This document shows positions 20,962 to 31,290 of a DNA stretch of 64,000 nt, piece by piece; the first letter of the stretch is position 1, and the number at the start of each line of letters is the position of its first letter. The notes beneath the pieces were generated by a model, which had not been told where the DNA came from, did not search any database, and was given only the letters and a program-made list of their open reading frames with translations. Source of the stretch: Gammaproteobacteria bacterium (GTDB lineage Bacteria; Pseudomonadota; Gammaproteobacteria; Eutrophobiales; Eutrophobiaceae); assembly GCA_965215365.1 (NCBI GenBank), contig CBDCDS010000003.1:1472001-1536000 (forward strand), in the 5' to 3' direction. A program made the translations under genes and the position numbers.

Positions 20962-23508
20962 ATGCACCCGGATAATTCCACACATACTCCGGTCATGCAG
21001 CAATACTTGGGCCTGAAGGCCGAGTATCCGGATATTCTGCTGCTGTTTCGTATGGGGGACTTCTACGAGTTGTTCTTCGAGGATGCGCGCAAGGCGGCGC
21101 GCCTGCTTGACCTGACCCTGACCTCGCGCGGCAAATCCGGCAATCAGGTCATTCCCATGGCGGGGGTGCCGTACCACGCAGTTGATTCCTACCTAGCAAA
21201 GTTAATCCGCATGGGTGAATCCGCGGTCATCTGTGAACAGATCGGTGACCCGGCACTGGCCAAAGGGCCGGTGGAGAGAAAAGTCACGCGGGTCGTCACG
21301 CCCGGCACCGTTACCGACGAGGCTTTGCTGGAGGAGAAGGCCGACAGCCTGCTGGTTTGCGTCCACACTCTGAGCGCTGAGTACGGGGTCGCAGCCCTGA
21401 ATCTGGCAGACGGGCGCTTCGCGCTCAGCCAGATGCGGGATAGTGACTCGCTGCTGGACGAACTGGCGCGCCTGCAGCCGGCGGAGTTATTGCTGTGTGA
21501 AGGCAGCAGCCTAGAACAGACTCTGGGCATTGCCTGTAAAAATATGACTGTGCGCGCGGCCTGGCAGTTCGAAGCGGCCAGAGCCGAGGACGCTATCAGG
21601 GGTCAATATCAGGTCAAGGAACTGGACGGTCTGGGGCTCACGGAGCTGGCCGCGGCCACTGCCGCCGCCGGCGCGTTGCTGCAATATGTGGATGAAACCC
21701 AAGGCGCGGCATTGCTGCACCTGCAATCGATCAAGGTCGAACAGCACTCGGACAGCGTGATTCTCGATGCCGTCACCCGCCGCAACCTGGAACTCGAACA
21801 GGATCTGAGAGGGCGCAAGGCAAACAGCCTGCTGGCCGTGCTGGATACCGCCGCTACCACCATGGGCAGCCGCTTGCTGAAACGCTGGCTGAACCGGCCG
21901 TTGCGTGATCAGCAGACCTTGAGCCGGCGCCACGACGCAGTGCGCCAACTGTCCGCTGATAAAACCTGGCGAGCGGTGCATGAAGCGTTGAAACAGATCA
22001 ACGACTTAGAGCGCATCTTAGCGCGCGTGGCGCTGAAATCGGCGCGTCCTCGAGACCTGTCACAACTGCACAAAGCACTGCTGCAACTGCCGGAATTGAA
22101 AACGACACTGGCAGGAGTTGACAGTCCGCGTGTGAGTGAACTCAATGAGCTGATCCTGGAGTTTCCGGCGTTACAGCAATACCTGGACGCGGCCTTGTTG
22201 AAAGAGCCGGCGGCAGTCATCCGGGAAGGCGGTGTCATTGCCGATGGTTTTGACACCGAACTGGACGAGTTGCGGCAACTGGACCGGGATGCCGGCTCAT
22301 TTCTGGAGGACCTGGAAATGCGTGAACGTGAACAGACTGGCATTCCCACCCTGAAGGTCGGCTTTAACCGCGTGCACGGCTATTATATTGAAGTCTCACG
22401 GGCGTACAGCGAAGCCGTGCCGGCGCGCTATCACCGCCGGCAGACCCTGAAAGCAGCAGAACGCTTCATCAGCGCCGAGCTCAAGGACTTTGAAGACAAG
22501 GCGCTGAGCGCCAGGGAACGGGCGTTGGCCCGGGAAAAAGTCCTGTATGAACTTATTCTGGAGCGCATCTGCACCGAGCTGGCACCGTTGCAAACCACGG
22601 CCGCGGCGCTGTGTGAAGTTGATGTGCTGGCCTGTTTTGCCGAACGCGCCGAGGCGCTGGATTACTGCCAGCCGGAGTTCACCAACAGGCCTGGCATACA
22701 AATCCACGCCGGGCGCCATGCGGTGATCGAACGGTTGCAGGACATGCCTTTTATTGCCAATGACATACACCTAGATGACTCGGTCAGGATGCTGCTCATT
22801 ACCGGGCCGAACATGGGCGGTAAATCCACCTACATGCGCCAGACTGCGCTCATCGCGCTGCTGGCGCATATCGGCAGTTTCGTGCCGGCCGCGCGCGCCG
22901 TGCTCGGGCCGATTGACCGTATCTTCACTCGCATCGGCGCAGTCGATGATATTTCTTCCGGCAAGTCCACCTTCATGGCCGAAATGGTGGAGGCTGCAAT
23001 CATCCTCAACAACGCCAGCGACCGCAGCCTGGTGTTGATCGACGAGATCGGGCGCGGCACCAGCACTTATGATGGGCTGGCGCTGGCCTGGGCCTGCGCC
23101 GCCCACCTGGCAAATAAGGTGCGGGCGTTGACCCTGTTTGCCACGCATTACTTCGAGTTGACCGTGCTGCCGGAACTCATGGACACGGTGCAGAACGCAC
23201 ACCTAGACGCAATCAGGCATGATAACGAGATCATCTTCCTGTACGCTGTCAAACCGGGTGCCACGAACAGAAGTTACGGCATCTGGGTGGCGCAACTGGC
23301 CGGCATCCCGCATACAGTCATCAATCAGGCCCGGCAGCAACTTGAAATCATGGAAAAAAACAGTGCGGCCCTGGTGCCGGATGCGCCGCAACAGGACTTG
23401 TTCCAGCAACCCGATGAAGTGCGCGCGCTGCTGCGGGAGACCGATCCGGACGGCCTCACGCCGAAACAAGCTCTGGAATTGTTGTATCGGCTGCGTGAAC
23501 TGGTATAA
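20962..23508 (+). CDS. mutS: DNA mismatch repair protein MutS
   Basis: [29 protein letters not shown]. Confidence 0.99.
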   Translation: MHPDNSTHTPVMQQYLGLKAEYPDILLLFRMGDFYELFFEDARKAARLLDLTLTSRGKSGNQVIPMAGVPYHAVDSYLAKLIRMGESAVICEQIGDPALAKGPVERKVTRVVTPGTVTDEALLEEKADSLLVCVHTLSAEYGVAALNLADGRFALSQMRDSDSLLDELARLQPAELLLCEGSSLEQTLGIACKNMTVRAAWQFEAARAEDAIRGQYQVKELDGLGLTELAAATAAAGALLQYVDETQGAALLHLQSIKVEQHSDSVILDAVTRRNLELEQDLRGRKANSLLAVLDTAATTMGSRLLKRWLNRPLRDQQTLSRRHDAVRQLSADKTWRAVHEALKQINDLERILARVALKSARPRDLSQLHKALLQLPELKTTLAGVDSPRVSELNELILEFPALQQYLDAALLKEPAAVIREGGVIADGFDTELDELRQLDRDAGSFLEDLEMREREQTGIPTLKVGFNRVHGYYIEVSRAYSEAVPARYHRRQTLKAAERFISAELKDFEDKALSARERALAREKVLYELILERICTELAPLQTTAAALCEVDVLACFAERAEALDYCQPEFTNRPGIQIHAGRHAVIERLQDMPFIANDIHLDDSVRMLLITGPNMGGKSTYMRQTALIALLAHIGSFVPAARAVLGPIDRIFTRIGAVDDISSGKSTFMAEMVEAAIILNNASDRSLVLIDEIGRGTSTYDGLALAWACAAHLANKVRALTLFATHYFELTVLPELMDTVQNAHLDAIRHDNEIIFLYAVKPGATNRSYGIWVAQLAGIPHTVINQARQQLEIMEKNSAALVPDAPQQDLFQQPDEVRALLRETDPDGLTPKQALELLYRLRELV

Positions 23509-23542
23509 TTCCAACCTGCTCAACCGATAGTAGGATATTGTT

Positions 23543-23866
23543 ATGCCCTTTGTCGTCACAGAAAACTGCATCAAGTGCAAATATACTGATTGCGTCGAAG
23601 TATGCCCGGTCGATTGTTTCCACGAAGGACCGAATATGCTGGTCATCGACCCGGACGAGTGTATCGACTGCACCTTGTGTGAGCCGGAGTGCCCGGTCGA
23701 GGCAATTATGTCTGAGGAGGATGTGCAAGAAGGCATGCAGCATTTCGTCGAACTGAACGCCGAGCTCTCTAGGGAATGGCCGGTCATCAACTCCATGCAA
23801 GACGCGCCGGCTGACGCGGATGACTGGAAAGAAGTCAAGGACAAGCTCCAATACCTGGAAAGGTAA
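23543..23866 (+). CDS. fdxA: 7Fe-type ferredoxin
   Basis: [17 protein letters not shown] and [12 protein letters not shown]; mutS-fdxA synteny. Confidence 0.95.
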   Translation: MPFVVTENCIKCKYTDCVEVCPVDCFHEGPNMLVIDPDECIDCTLCEPECPVEAIMSEEDVQEGMQHFVELNAELSREWPVINSMQDAPADADDWKEVKDKLQYLER

Positions 23867-23943
23867 GATGCCTGAGGTCGGCGCCGGCTGAGCGGTGCCG
23901 GCAACGGCCATCGGCCTGACGCTCTTTCCCGACTGCTTCCGCG

Positions 23944-25155
23944 ATGGAAAAAAAGGACAAGACCTTACCCATAGCAGAAGCTCTGCGCGAGTTCCTGCGC
24001 CTAGAGACGGCCGGCGGCGCGCTGCTGTTGGTGTCCGTCATTGTCGCAATGTTTGTGGCCAATTCGCCGCTGGCCAGCCTCTACAACTCGCTGGTGGATA
24101 TGACGGTGGCAGTGCAGGTTGGCGCCCTGGCCATCGACAAGCCGCTGCTGCTGTGGGTCAATGACGGTCTGATGGCCGTATTCTTTTTCCTGATAGGGCT
24201 GGAAATAAAACGCGAAATCATGGAAGGTGAGTTGTCGTCCATCGAACAGGTTGCCTTGCCCGGCATGGGCGCGCTGGGCGGCATGTTGGTCCCCGCAGCG
24301 ATCTATATCTGGCTCAACCGGGGGGATGCCATTGCGCTCGATGGCTGGGCGATCCCGGTGGCAACAGACATTGCGTTTGCGCTGGCCCTGCTGGGCTCGT
24401 TCGGCGCCCGCGTGCCCACTGCGCTCAAGGTGTTCCTGCTGACCCTGGCGATCCTGGATGATCTGGCGGCCATCACCATCATCGCGCTGTTCTATTCGGC
24501 AGACCTGTCCCCGACCATGCTTGGCATCGGCGCGGTGTTCCTGGTCATTGCCATCGCCATGAACCGCATGGGCGTCACCCGCACCTCAACTTATATCCTG
24601 CTCGGCGTCGCGCTGTGGGTAGCCGTGCTCAAATCAGGCGTCCATGCGACGCTGGCGGGCGTGCTCATTGCATTGTGCATACCGATACGTGATGAGCAGG
24701 GGAACTCGCCCCTGCGGGCGCTGGAGCATAACCTGCATGGCCCGGTTGCCTATATCATCCTGCCGGTATTTGCCTTCGTCAACGCCGGCCTGCCGTTGGC
24801 AGACATGTCGTTAAGCGACTTCACACACCCGGTCACCTTAGGTGTGATATCCGGTTTGGCGGTGGGAAAACCCGTCGGCATCCTGCTGTTCACAGGTCTG
24901 GCTGTCGCCCTGGGCATGGCGCGCCTGCCCAAAGGCGTGAATTGGGGTCAGCTGCTCGGCGCCGCCTGTGCCTGTGGCATCGGTTTTACCATGAGCCTGT
25001 TTATCGCCGGCCTGGCCTTTGAGCACGGCAGCGGCGATTACTTCAGCGGCGACCGCCTGGGCGTGATGGTGGGGTCGCTGCTATCCGCCGTAGCAGCTTA
25101 TGTGATACTCCGCTTCAGCTTGCCGAAGGCCGCTGCGGGCTCACAGAAAACGTGA
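23944..25155 (+). CDS. nhaA: Na+/H+ antiporter NhaA
   Basis: WVNDGLMAVFF, ATDIAFAL, LAILDDL, GIGFTMSLFI. Confidence 0.97.
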   Translation: MEKKDKTLPIAEALREFLRLETAGGALLLVSVIVAMFVANSPLASLYNSLVDMTVAVQVGALAIDKPLLLWVNDGLMAVFFFLIGLEIKREIMEGELSSIEQVALPGMGALGGMLVPAAIYIWLNRGDAIALDGWAIPVATDIAFALALLGSFGARVPTALKVFLLTLAILDDLAAITIIALFYSADLSPTMLGIGAVFLVIAIAMNRMGVTRTSTYILLGVALWVAVLKSGVHATLAGVLIALCIPIRDEQGNSPLRALEHNLHGPVAYIILPVFAFVNAGLPLADMSLSDFTHPVTLGVISGLAVGKPVGILLFTGLAVALGMARLPKGVNWGQLLGAACACGIGFTMSLFIAGLAFEHGSGDYFSGDRLGVMVGSLLSAVAAYVILRFSLPKAAAGSQKT

Positions 25156-25166
25156 CTGGCGCCGTT

Positions 25167-25649
25167 TTATCTTCCCGGCCATAGTCGTGGGTCAATTTGT
25201 GCGGGCGACGGGTCGTGAATAACGAGCATGGAAAATTCATTATGCTCCTGGTTGAAAAGCAGATTCGATTCAACAGGAGATACTGTGGAAGGTACGAATA
25301 ATACTGCGCTGTCGCATCGATCATACCAGTCGTCCCCAATGGCACGAGACCTCGTATAGTCGTTTGTGCCTCCCGGTGCAAAATCCATGTAGTCCAACTT
25401 TTCCTGTGAGACAGCATCCGGGATATCCACGGTTACGGTAACCAACGCAGGAGGCAGCGCACTGGTTTGCCAGTGGACAAGGTTTTCCAGTATCGCCAAA
25501 GAGTGGGTTTCGGCGGCATGTACGACCCGGCGTCCGGGACTGATCCAGCGGCTGCCGTAGCGGTAAGTCCCCAACCCATCAAAGGGTGGATATTTCGAGT
25601 TGACAATTCGATAAGCTCGGGTAAAAAACGTATCAGGCCGGGAGACCAT
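25167..25649 (-). CDS. RES-domain toxin
   Basis: YRI..GSRW..LAILENLVH..VPSTV..ESNLLFN; overlaps the upstream antitoxin gene. Confidence 0.88.
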   Translation of the reverse strand: MVSRPDTFFTRAYRIVNSKYPPFDGLGTYRYGSRWISPGRRVVHAAETHSLAILENLVHWQTSALPPALVTVTVDIPDAVSQEKLDYMDFAPGGTNDYTRSRAIGDDWYDRCDSAVLFVPSTVSPVESNLLFNQEHNEFSMLVIHDPSPAQIDPRLWPGR

Positions 25650-26073
25650 GCAGGCCGCGCTCCATGACTTCTTCAACCTCACGACCGCCGATTTCAGTCA
25701 GCGCCATGTCAAAAGGTGTTTTACCGTCAAGTTCCGGGTGCGCGCTCATCATAAAGCGCGTCGCGGCAGCCTTGTCCTCAAATACAGACAACGCCAACGC
25801 GTACAAGCGCGCTAGGCGTTCTGTAGTCTCGCTAACCTGTTGGTTAAATCGGACTGCCTGCTGGTAGGTAGCACGCGGTACAATCCTGTTACGCAACCCG
25901 ATGGCCGTTTCACGATAAGGTTTTGCGCCTATGCGGGTAATAAAAGTATCCAGTGCAGTTTTTGGGATGCCCTCCTGTACAACCAAATCCAGTTCACGCA
26001 TGGTCTTTATCCGGCAACCAAGTACCCGCCGCCCGCCCAGTACTTCAGCAATTTGATGCGCAGATATGTTCAT
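25633..26073 (-). CDS. Xre/MbcA/ParS-type antitoxin
   Basis: N-terminal HTH-like part, C-terminal ERLARL..VFED..HPELDGKTP..G..EVEE. Confidence 0.88.
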   Translation of the reverse strand: MNISAHQIAEVLGGRRVLGCRIKTMRELDLVVQEGIPKTALDTFITRIGAKPYRETAIGLRNRIVPRATYQQAVRFNQQVSETTERLARLYALALSVFEDKAAATRFMMSAHPELDGKTPFDMALTEIGGREVEEVMERGLHGLPA

Positions 26074-26081
26074 TTGAGACA

Positions 26082-26110
26082 AGTCTATGTGTAAAATAAG
26101 TCAAAGTCAA
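26082..26110 (-). promoter_or_regulatory. Sigma-70 promoter of the xre-res operon
   Basis: Minus strand TTGACT-N17-TAGACT ending 8 nt before ATG 26073. Confidence 0.6.
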
Positions 26111-26206
26111 GGATAAAGATTGCCAGAGTGCTCACGTTCGCTGGAATACGCAGTCTCAGGGCATGTCTCCCACCGGAGGCGCAAACGGATGTTGAATCGG
26201 CAGGCT

Positions 26207-26461
26207 TTATAATGCTACCACAGTTTCAGTATCCCCGGCCGCTAATGCGTTCATGTATGCCAGGATGAGGGCTTTAGTGCGGTAAGCGCCGAACTTTGCT
26301 TCGTCTTGCTTACGGACGATGGGGAAAGTGTCGAGTACGTAGCTTGCGTCTTGCCGGGTCAGGCCGTACAGGTGGAAGTACAACGCATCCAGGCGGGCGC
26401 GCAGGTGTCGGCGTTCTTCTTCATTCCAGGTAAACGGTAGTCCGTCATAGCCCAGGTCGCG
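26207..26461 (-). pseudogene. 3' remnant of an Eco57I-like/type IIG RM methylase gene
   Basis: Manual translation [67 protein letters not shown]...stop; no start codon at the 5' end of this homologous stretch. Confidence 0.75.
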
Positions 26462-26488
26462 GTCCTGCTCAACTTACTTCTGCACTGT

Positions 26489-27271
26489 TCAATAAGAATC
26501 AATATTTTGCCGGGCTATTTCTTTGAATTTCTTGGACAGCTTCTCCTTAAAGGTTTTCCCGACCTCATCAAATGTGTCCAGTAAGGCCGAAAAGGTGTTT
26601 TCGCCACCAATGTAATCCCAATATTCATCTCCGACCAAAAAGTCGTTAGGTGCATTCATCATCCCGACTTCCGTAAAACGGCTATATGGTTCGGGATAGT
26701 AAGGGTTATACGGAAATGCCAAGTAAACATTTACAGGCATTCTTCTCCTTGCAACCCATTCCAGTAGTTTTGTTTTACTCTTTTCGAAAACATCAATATT
26801 TGGTTTCACTGTTTTGATTTCAAAATAGTGCTCGTGCCCATCTCTTTTCATGTAGAAGTCAGCGATGTTGCCGGATTTTTGAAACCTGCCATTTTCAGAG
26901 GATGCTTTTAACACCTCACATTTTTCGCTGTTAATATCTGCAGATCGTTCTCTGTTTCTGAGTCCTGATACAATTCCCGATATGGTCGCTTTTTGTCCTT
27001 CCGAGATAACACCGCCCACTCCATAATTTCTGAAAGCTTCATCAGCAGTTTCTGATGCAATAATTACAGATACATCTTCATAGATGCTCATCCCGAGAGA
27101 TGTGGATATAGAATGAATAAACGAGTATGCAGCAATTTTTTCATTGTCTTGGATAAGTCTCGCCAAAAACGGCATTGATGTGGTTTCCCTACCGTATTGC
27201 TGTAGCTTCTTTTCTATCTTATCCGATAATAGCGCTTCAATTTTTTGTTTTTGGGTCTCTGATAACGGCAT
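26489..27271 (-). CDS. Type II restriction endonuclease, TdeIII family
   Basis: ETTSMPF..YSFIHSISTSLGMSIYE, AD..FEIKTVKPN (PD-D/ExK), AFPYNPY; AT-rich. Confidence 0.85.
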   Translation of the reverse strand: MPLSETQKQKIEALLSDKIEKKLQQYGRETTSMPFLARLIQDNEKIAAYSFIHSISTSLGMSIYEDVSVIIASETADEAFRNYGVGGVISEGQKATISGIVSGLRNRERSADINSEKCEVLKASSENGRFQKSGNIADFYMKRDGHEHYFEIKTVKPNIDVFEKSKTKLLEWVARRRMPVNVYLAFPYNPYYPEPYSRFTEVGMMNAPNDFLVGDEYWDYIGGENTFSALLDTFDEVGKTFKEKLSKKFKEIARQNIDSY

Positions 27272-27544
27272 AATGGTTATCCGGGGGTGATGATTTGTCG
27301 GAGATTTTACTACATTGTGACCGGGTGCGGTTGAATATTACTGAGTTGACGGTGCGTTGGTTATGGTACAATCGTCAACGGCAATTCTCGTCAGGGAAAC
27401 ACGCTTGGCGATTCCGACGGGGGCGTAGGTGTTGGTTTGTTTTCCCGTTATTGTGCATTGATTTTAAGAATATTGAGAGCAAAACCAGGGAGGACAAAAG
27501 ATGAGTAGCTTACATGCTATTAAATCACTAACGGAGAGACAGAG

Positions 27545-29149
27545 ATGAGTCAACAGGTACTATTCAGGGAACAAGGTCAAGAGTTGGTCAACTTGAGGCA
27601 GGCAGCGGACTGGGCTGCCAACTACACTAACCACGATATAACCCCATCCAATATTTCATATCTGGTCCAGTATGGACGCGTAAAAAAGTATGAGGATAAG
27701 GGCGGCACCTTAATTGACAAGGAAGAGCTGAAATGTTATTACGACTCGTTCAATAGGGAACAACAATGGAAGGAGAAACTAGGCGATGACCTGAACTGGC
27801 GCCTGTCTTTTGTGGAATACAGAGAGAAGGAACGAACGAAACATGTTCACCGATTACATCCATATAAAGGGAAATTCATTCCCCAGCTGGTGGAGTATTT
27901 TCTCGACACACACACAGATGAATTCAAGAAGGAGCTTTATTTCCGTAAGGGTGATATCGTCTTAGACCCGTTTTGTGGAAGTGGTACAACTCTGGTACAA
28001 GCAAATGAACTGGGGCTCCATGCCGTTGGCACAGATATATCCCTGTTCAATTGCATGATTTCCAATACCAAAGTTGAACAGCACGATGTTCCTTTGCTCA
28101 GCCGCGCCATTCGCAGTTTGACTTCGAAATTGGAGGGTTTTCAGAAAGACAGCAACAGCCCCAGCTTCGAGCAACATCTCCTGTCGGAATTGGCAAGATT
28201 CAATGCTGAATTTTTTCCGTCACCAGATTATAAGCGCAGGGTTAGCACAAAAGAGATAGATGAGGCCAGCTTTGCCGCCGAAAGGGAAGAGAAATTTTTA
28301 TCCACCTACTATTCACTAACTGATAAATATCAAATCAAAATCAAGCAAGACGAGGGAGGCGCCTTTCTTGATAAATGGCTTTTGTATCCGGTCAGGGAGG
28401 AAGTGAATTTCCTGTTTGAAGAACTGAAAAAGTTTGAAAATACGAAGCTCAAGAAGATACTGGCAGTTATCCTGAGCAGGACTGTTCGTTCTTGCAGAGC
28501 TACAACGCATGCTGACCTTGGCACCTTAAAAGAACCTGTCACCACGACTTACTACTGTAAAAAACACGGGAAAATATGCAAGCCGATTTTCTCCATCGGT
28601 AGTTGGTGGAAAAGGTATTCCATTGATACGTTAAACCGGATCAGCGCATTCAATAAGCTGAGAACAGAGACACATCAATGTTGTTTGCAAGGGGATAGTA
28701 GAAACATTGATATATTCGGAGAGATGGATAAGAAAAATTCCGGTTTTGCGAAAATGCTCAGGCAAAATAAAATCAGCGGAATCTTCTCCAGTCCGCCCTA
28801 TGTGGGTCTTATTGATTACCATGAACAGCACGCATATGCCTATGAGTTGTTCGGATTCGATCGTTCTGATGAACTGGAAATCGGCCCCCTTTACAAAGGG
28901 CAAGGAAAAAAAGCCCGGGATTCTTACGCCAGAGGGATAGCTGAAGTACTAAACAACAGCCGACCCTATCTCCAAAAAGACTATGACATCTTTCTGGTAG
29001 CCAATGATAAGTACAATCTGTATCCGCAGATCGCTGGTTTGGCCGGCATGGAAATTGTCAACCGATTCAAACGTCCGGTACTGAACAGGGTGGAAAAGGA
29101 CCGGTCCAACGCATACTCGGAAATCATTTTTCATTTGAAGGAAAGATAA
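27545..29149 (+). CDS. Amino-DNA methyltransferase (probable N4-cytosine) with N-terminal HTH-like extension
   Basis: HPYKGKFIPQL, LDPFCGSGTT motif I, then SSPPY motif IV. Confidence 0.9.
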   Translation: MSQQVLFREQGQELVNLRQAADWAANYTNHDITPSNISYLVQYGRVKKYEDKGGTLIDKEELKCYYDSFNREQQWKEKLGDDLNWRLSFVEYREKERTKHVHRLHPYKGKFIPQLVEYFLDTHTDEFKKELYFRKGDIVLDPFCGSGTTLVQANELGLHAVGTDISLFNCMISNTKVEQHDVPLLSRAIRSLTSKLEGFQKDSNSPSFEQHLLSELARFNAEFFPSPDYKRRVSTKEIDEASFAAEREEKFLSTYYSLTDKYQIKIKQDEGGAFLDKWLLYPVREEVNFLFEELKKFENTKLKKILAVILSRTVRSCRATTHADLGTLKEPVTTTYYCKKHGKICKPIFSIGSWWKRYSIDTLNRISAFNKLRTETHQCCLQGDSRNIDIFGEMDKKNSGFAKMLRQNKISGIFSSPPYVGLIDYHEQHAYAYELFGFDRSDELEIGPLYKGQGKKARDSYARGIAEVLNNSRPYLQKDYDIFLVANDKYNLYPQIAGLAGMEIVNRFKRPVLNRVEKDRSNAYSEIIFHLKER

Positions 29150-29156
29150 AATACTG

Positions 29157-29279
29157 TTGACAGCAGGCCAACAAAAGATCATCAAGGAAATTATCAGGAA
29201 ATGTCTCAGGGACAAGTTTAAGAATTACGATCCGGAATCGAAACACACGCCTTTCCACTACCGACTGCTTGGTAAAGAC
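29157..29279 (+). pseudogene. 5' stub of a second TdeIII-family endonuclease
   Basis: IRKCLRDKFKNYDPESKHTPFHYRLLGKD parallels the N-terminus of 26489-27271, then runs into antisense of other genes. Confidence 0.75.
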
Positions 29280-29366
29280 TGCCGCGTGACTCACCGCATC
29301 CCGCCACTCCGGTGTCTGCCGTATGCCGTCGGTCAAAAAGTATTGTTTGAACAGCTGGCCGGTCAT
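29280..29366 (-). pseudogene. 5' stub of an Eco57I-like/type IIG RM gene
   Basis: ATG 5 nt after the nth stop: MTGQLFKQYFLTDGIRQTPEWRD, resembling the N-termini of that family; same strand as the 3' remnant. Confidence 0.55.
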
Positions 29367-29371
29367 TTCTA

Positions 29372-30022
29372 TCACTGCTGTTTGTCCCTGAAAAATGCCT
29401 TCTCTCCCCACTCACAAAGCTCAAAAATAATACACTCCCCACACTTGGGTTTGCGTGCGGTGCAGGTATAGCGGCCGTGCAGGATGAGCCAGTGGTGGGC
29501 GTCTTTTTTGTATTCTGCGGGGACCTGTATGAGCAGGCGTTGTTCGACTTCCAGGACGTTTTTTCCAGGCGCCAGACCGGTGCGGTTGGAGACCCGGAAG
29601 ATGTGGGTATCGACCGCGATGGTGGGTTGGCCGAAGGCGGTATTGAGGATGACGTTGGCGGTTTTTCTGCCGACGCCGGGGAGTTTTTCCAGGGCTTCAC
29701 GGTCGGCGGGCACCGCGCCGGCATGGTCGCGCAGCAGCAGGTGGCAGGTCTTGATGATATTTTCCGCCTTGGTGTTGAACAGGCCGATGGACTTGATGTG
29801 CTGCTTCAGCCCGGCCACGCCCTGGTCGATAAATTGCTGCGGCGTATTGGCTGCCCGAAACAGTCCTGCCGTGGCCTTGTTGACGCTGACATCAGTGGCC
29901 TGCGCCGACAGGATGACGGCTACCAGCAACTCGAACGGGTCGGAGTAATGAAGTTCCGTGGTGGGCGCCGGGTTGTGCCGGCGCAACAGCGAGAACATCT
30001 GCGCGCGTTGGGCTTTGTTCAA
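29372..30022 (-). CDS. nth: Endonuclease III
   Basis: LSAQATD, LPGVGRKTA HhH motif, VDTH, CTARKPKCGEC..C. Confidence 0.98.
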   Translation of the reverse strand: MNKAQRAQMFSLLRRHNPAPTTELHYSDPFELLVAVILSAQATDVSVNKATAGLFRAANTPQQFIDQGVAGLKQHIKSIGLFNTKAENIIKTCHLLLRDHAGAVPADREALEKLPGVGRKTANVILNTAFGQPTIAVDTHIFRVSNRTGLAPGKNVLEVEQRLLIQVPAEYKKDAHHWLILHGRYTCTARKPKCGECIIFELCEWGEKAFFRDKQQ

Positions 30023-30684
30023 GCGCCCGTCCTATGCGGCCAGGAAGCCCTGGCCGGTAGGCAATATGACCGCAAGGCCAGCAACAATCCGAACACCATA
30101 AAGGCGCCAGCGCCGGCGCCAAACAGGTGCAAACCGCCATCGAACAGGTGGATGGGTTGCAGGCCGTGCAACCCTTTTACCTGTGCCAGCAGCTGCACAT
30201 CCGTGAGCAGGCCGCCCCGCCCCGCCAGTTCCCGCACCAGGCCCGTTAGTGTCAGCAACACAAACCCGGCCAGGGCCGGGCGCAGGCAAACCGGCAGGCT
30301 GTTGCCGAGGCCCTGTCGTAACGGGGCGCGCTCGAGCTGCAACAGCAAGGTGGTATTCATTGCCAACAGGTACAGGTAGATGCCGAGCTGCTCTCTGAGC
30401 GCATAGCTCCAAGCTTGCAGCAGCAGCTCGATGACTGAGACCCAGGTTGCCGCAATCAGCAATACATATATCAGGCGGTAACGGCCCAGACCGTAACGGC
30501 TTGGTAACATACGCCCGGCGCCAGCTACGGTGAGCGCCGACAGCATCGACGTAGCCAGCAAAGCCAGTCCCATGCACAGGCCGCTGAGCAGGGTCGTGCA
30601 CACTGCCAGCAACGGTGTCAGCCCGACCAGGTTGAGCACGGCCGGCGGCAGAGACTTGCTTACCTCAGGATGCAGGTCACTCAT
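30019..30684 (-). CDS. rnfE: RnfE/RsxE-like membrane protein (divergent)
   Basis: GLTPLLAV, LGIYLYLLAMN, GLVRELAG, GAFMVFGLLLA; rnfE-nth synteny. Confidence 0.75.
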   Translation of the reverse strand: MSDLHPEVSKSLPPAVLNLVGLTPLLAVCTTLLSGLCMGLALLATSMLSALTVAGAGRMLPSRYGLGRYRLIYVLLIAATWVSVIELLLQAWSYALREQLGIYLYLLAMNTTLLLQLERAPLRQGLGNSLPVCLRPALAGFVLLTLTGLVRELAGRGGLLTDVQLLAQVKGLHGLQPIHLFDGGLHLFGAGAGAFMVFGLLLALRSYCLPARASWPHRTGA

Positions 30685-31290
30685 TCATGCGCGCGCAATG
30701 GCGTCCTCAATCTCAGCTTCCAAACTCATCAGGCCGGTCTTGATCAATTCCAGGCGCGCGGCTGCATCGTCTGTCTCCAGCAGTTCCTGTTTTGCATCTT
30801 TCGCAAACGGCAGAAATTCCGCCAGCCGATAACTGAGCAACATCGGACTCACTGCGGCATGATCTTCGTGGTTATACAAGGTCTCATAATTTTCCATCAG
30901 ATGCAGGTATAAGTCTTTGAGCTGACCGTATTCTTCCGGGTAGGTGCCGGATTGTTCGGCAGTGACCCAGACTACCTCTCCGGTGAGCAGGTTATTGTCG
31001 CGCCGCGCGGTTTGCAGCACCTTGAAGCGTTTTTTGCCTTGCACGGTGATGCCCAACAGCCCATCGGCCTGCCGTGAAAAATCAATGATTTCCGCATAAG
31101 TGCCGATATCAAAGCAGGAGGCCGCCGCACTGGTTTCCGAACCCGGCCTGAGCAGGCAGACTCCAAACCCGCTACCGGTTTTCATACACTCGCTGACCAT
31201 ATCAAGGTAACGCGGCTCGAAGATGCGCAACGGCATGCGTCCATGGGGATATAAAACCGTGTTCAGAGGAAACAGGGGAATATTTTGCAT
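30685..31290 (-). CDS. LON peptidase N-terminal (substrate-binding) domain protein
   Basis: IPLFPLNTVLYP..LRIFEPRYLDMV..KQELLE. Confidence 0.9.
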   Translation of the reverse strand: MQNIPLFPLNTVLYPHGRMPLRIFEPRYLDMVSECMKTGSGFGVCLLRPGSETSAAASCFDIGTYAEIIDFSRQADGLLGITVQGKKRFKVLQTARRDNNLLTGEVVWVTAEQSGTYPEEYGQLKDLYLHLMENYETLYNHEDHAAVSPMLLSYRLAEFLPFAKDAKQELLETDDAAARLELIKTGLMSLEAEIEDAIARA

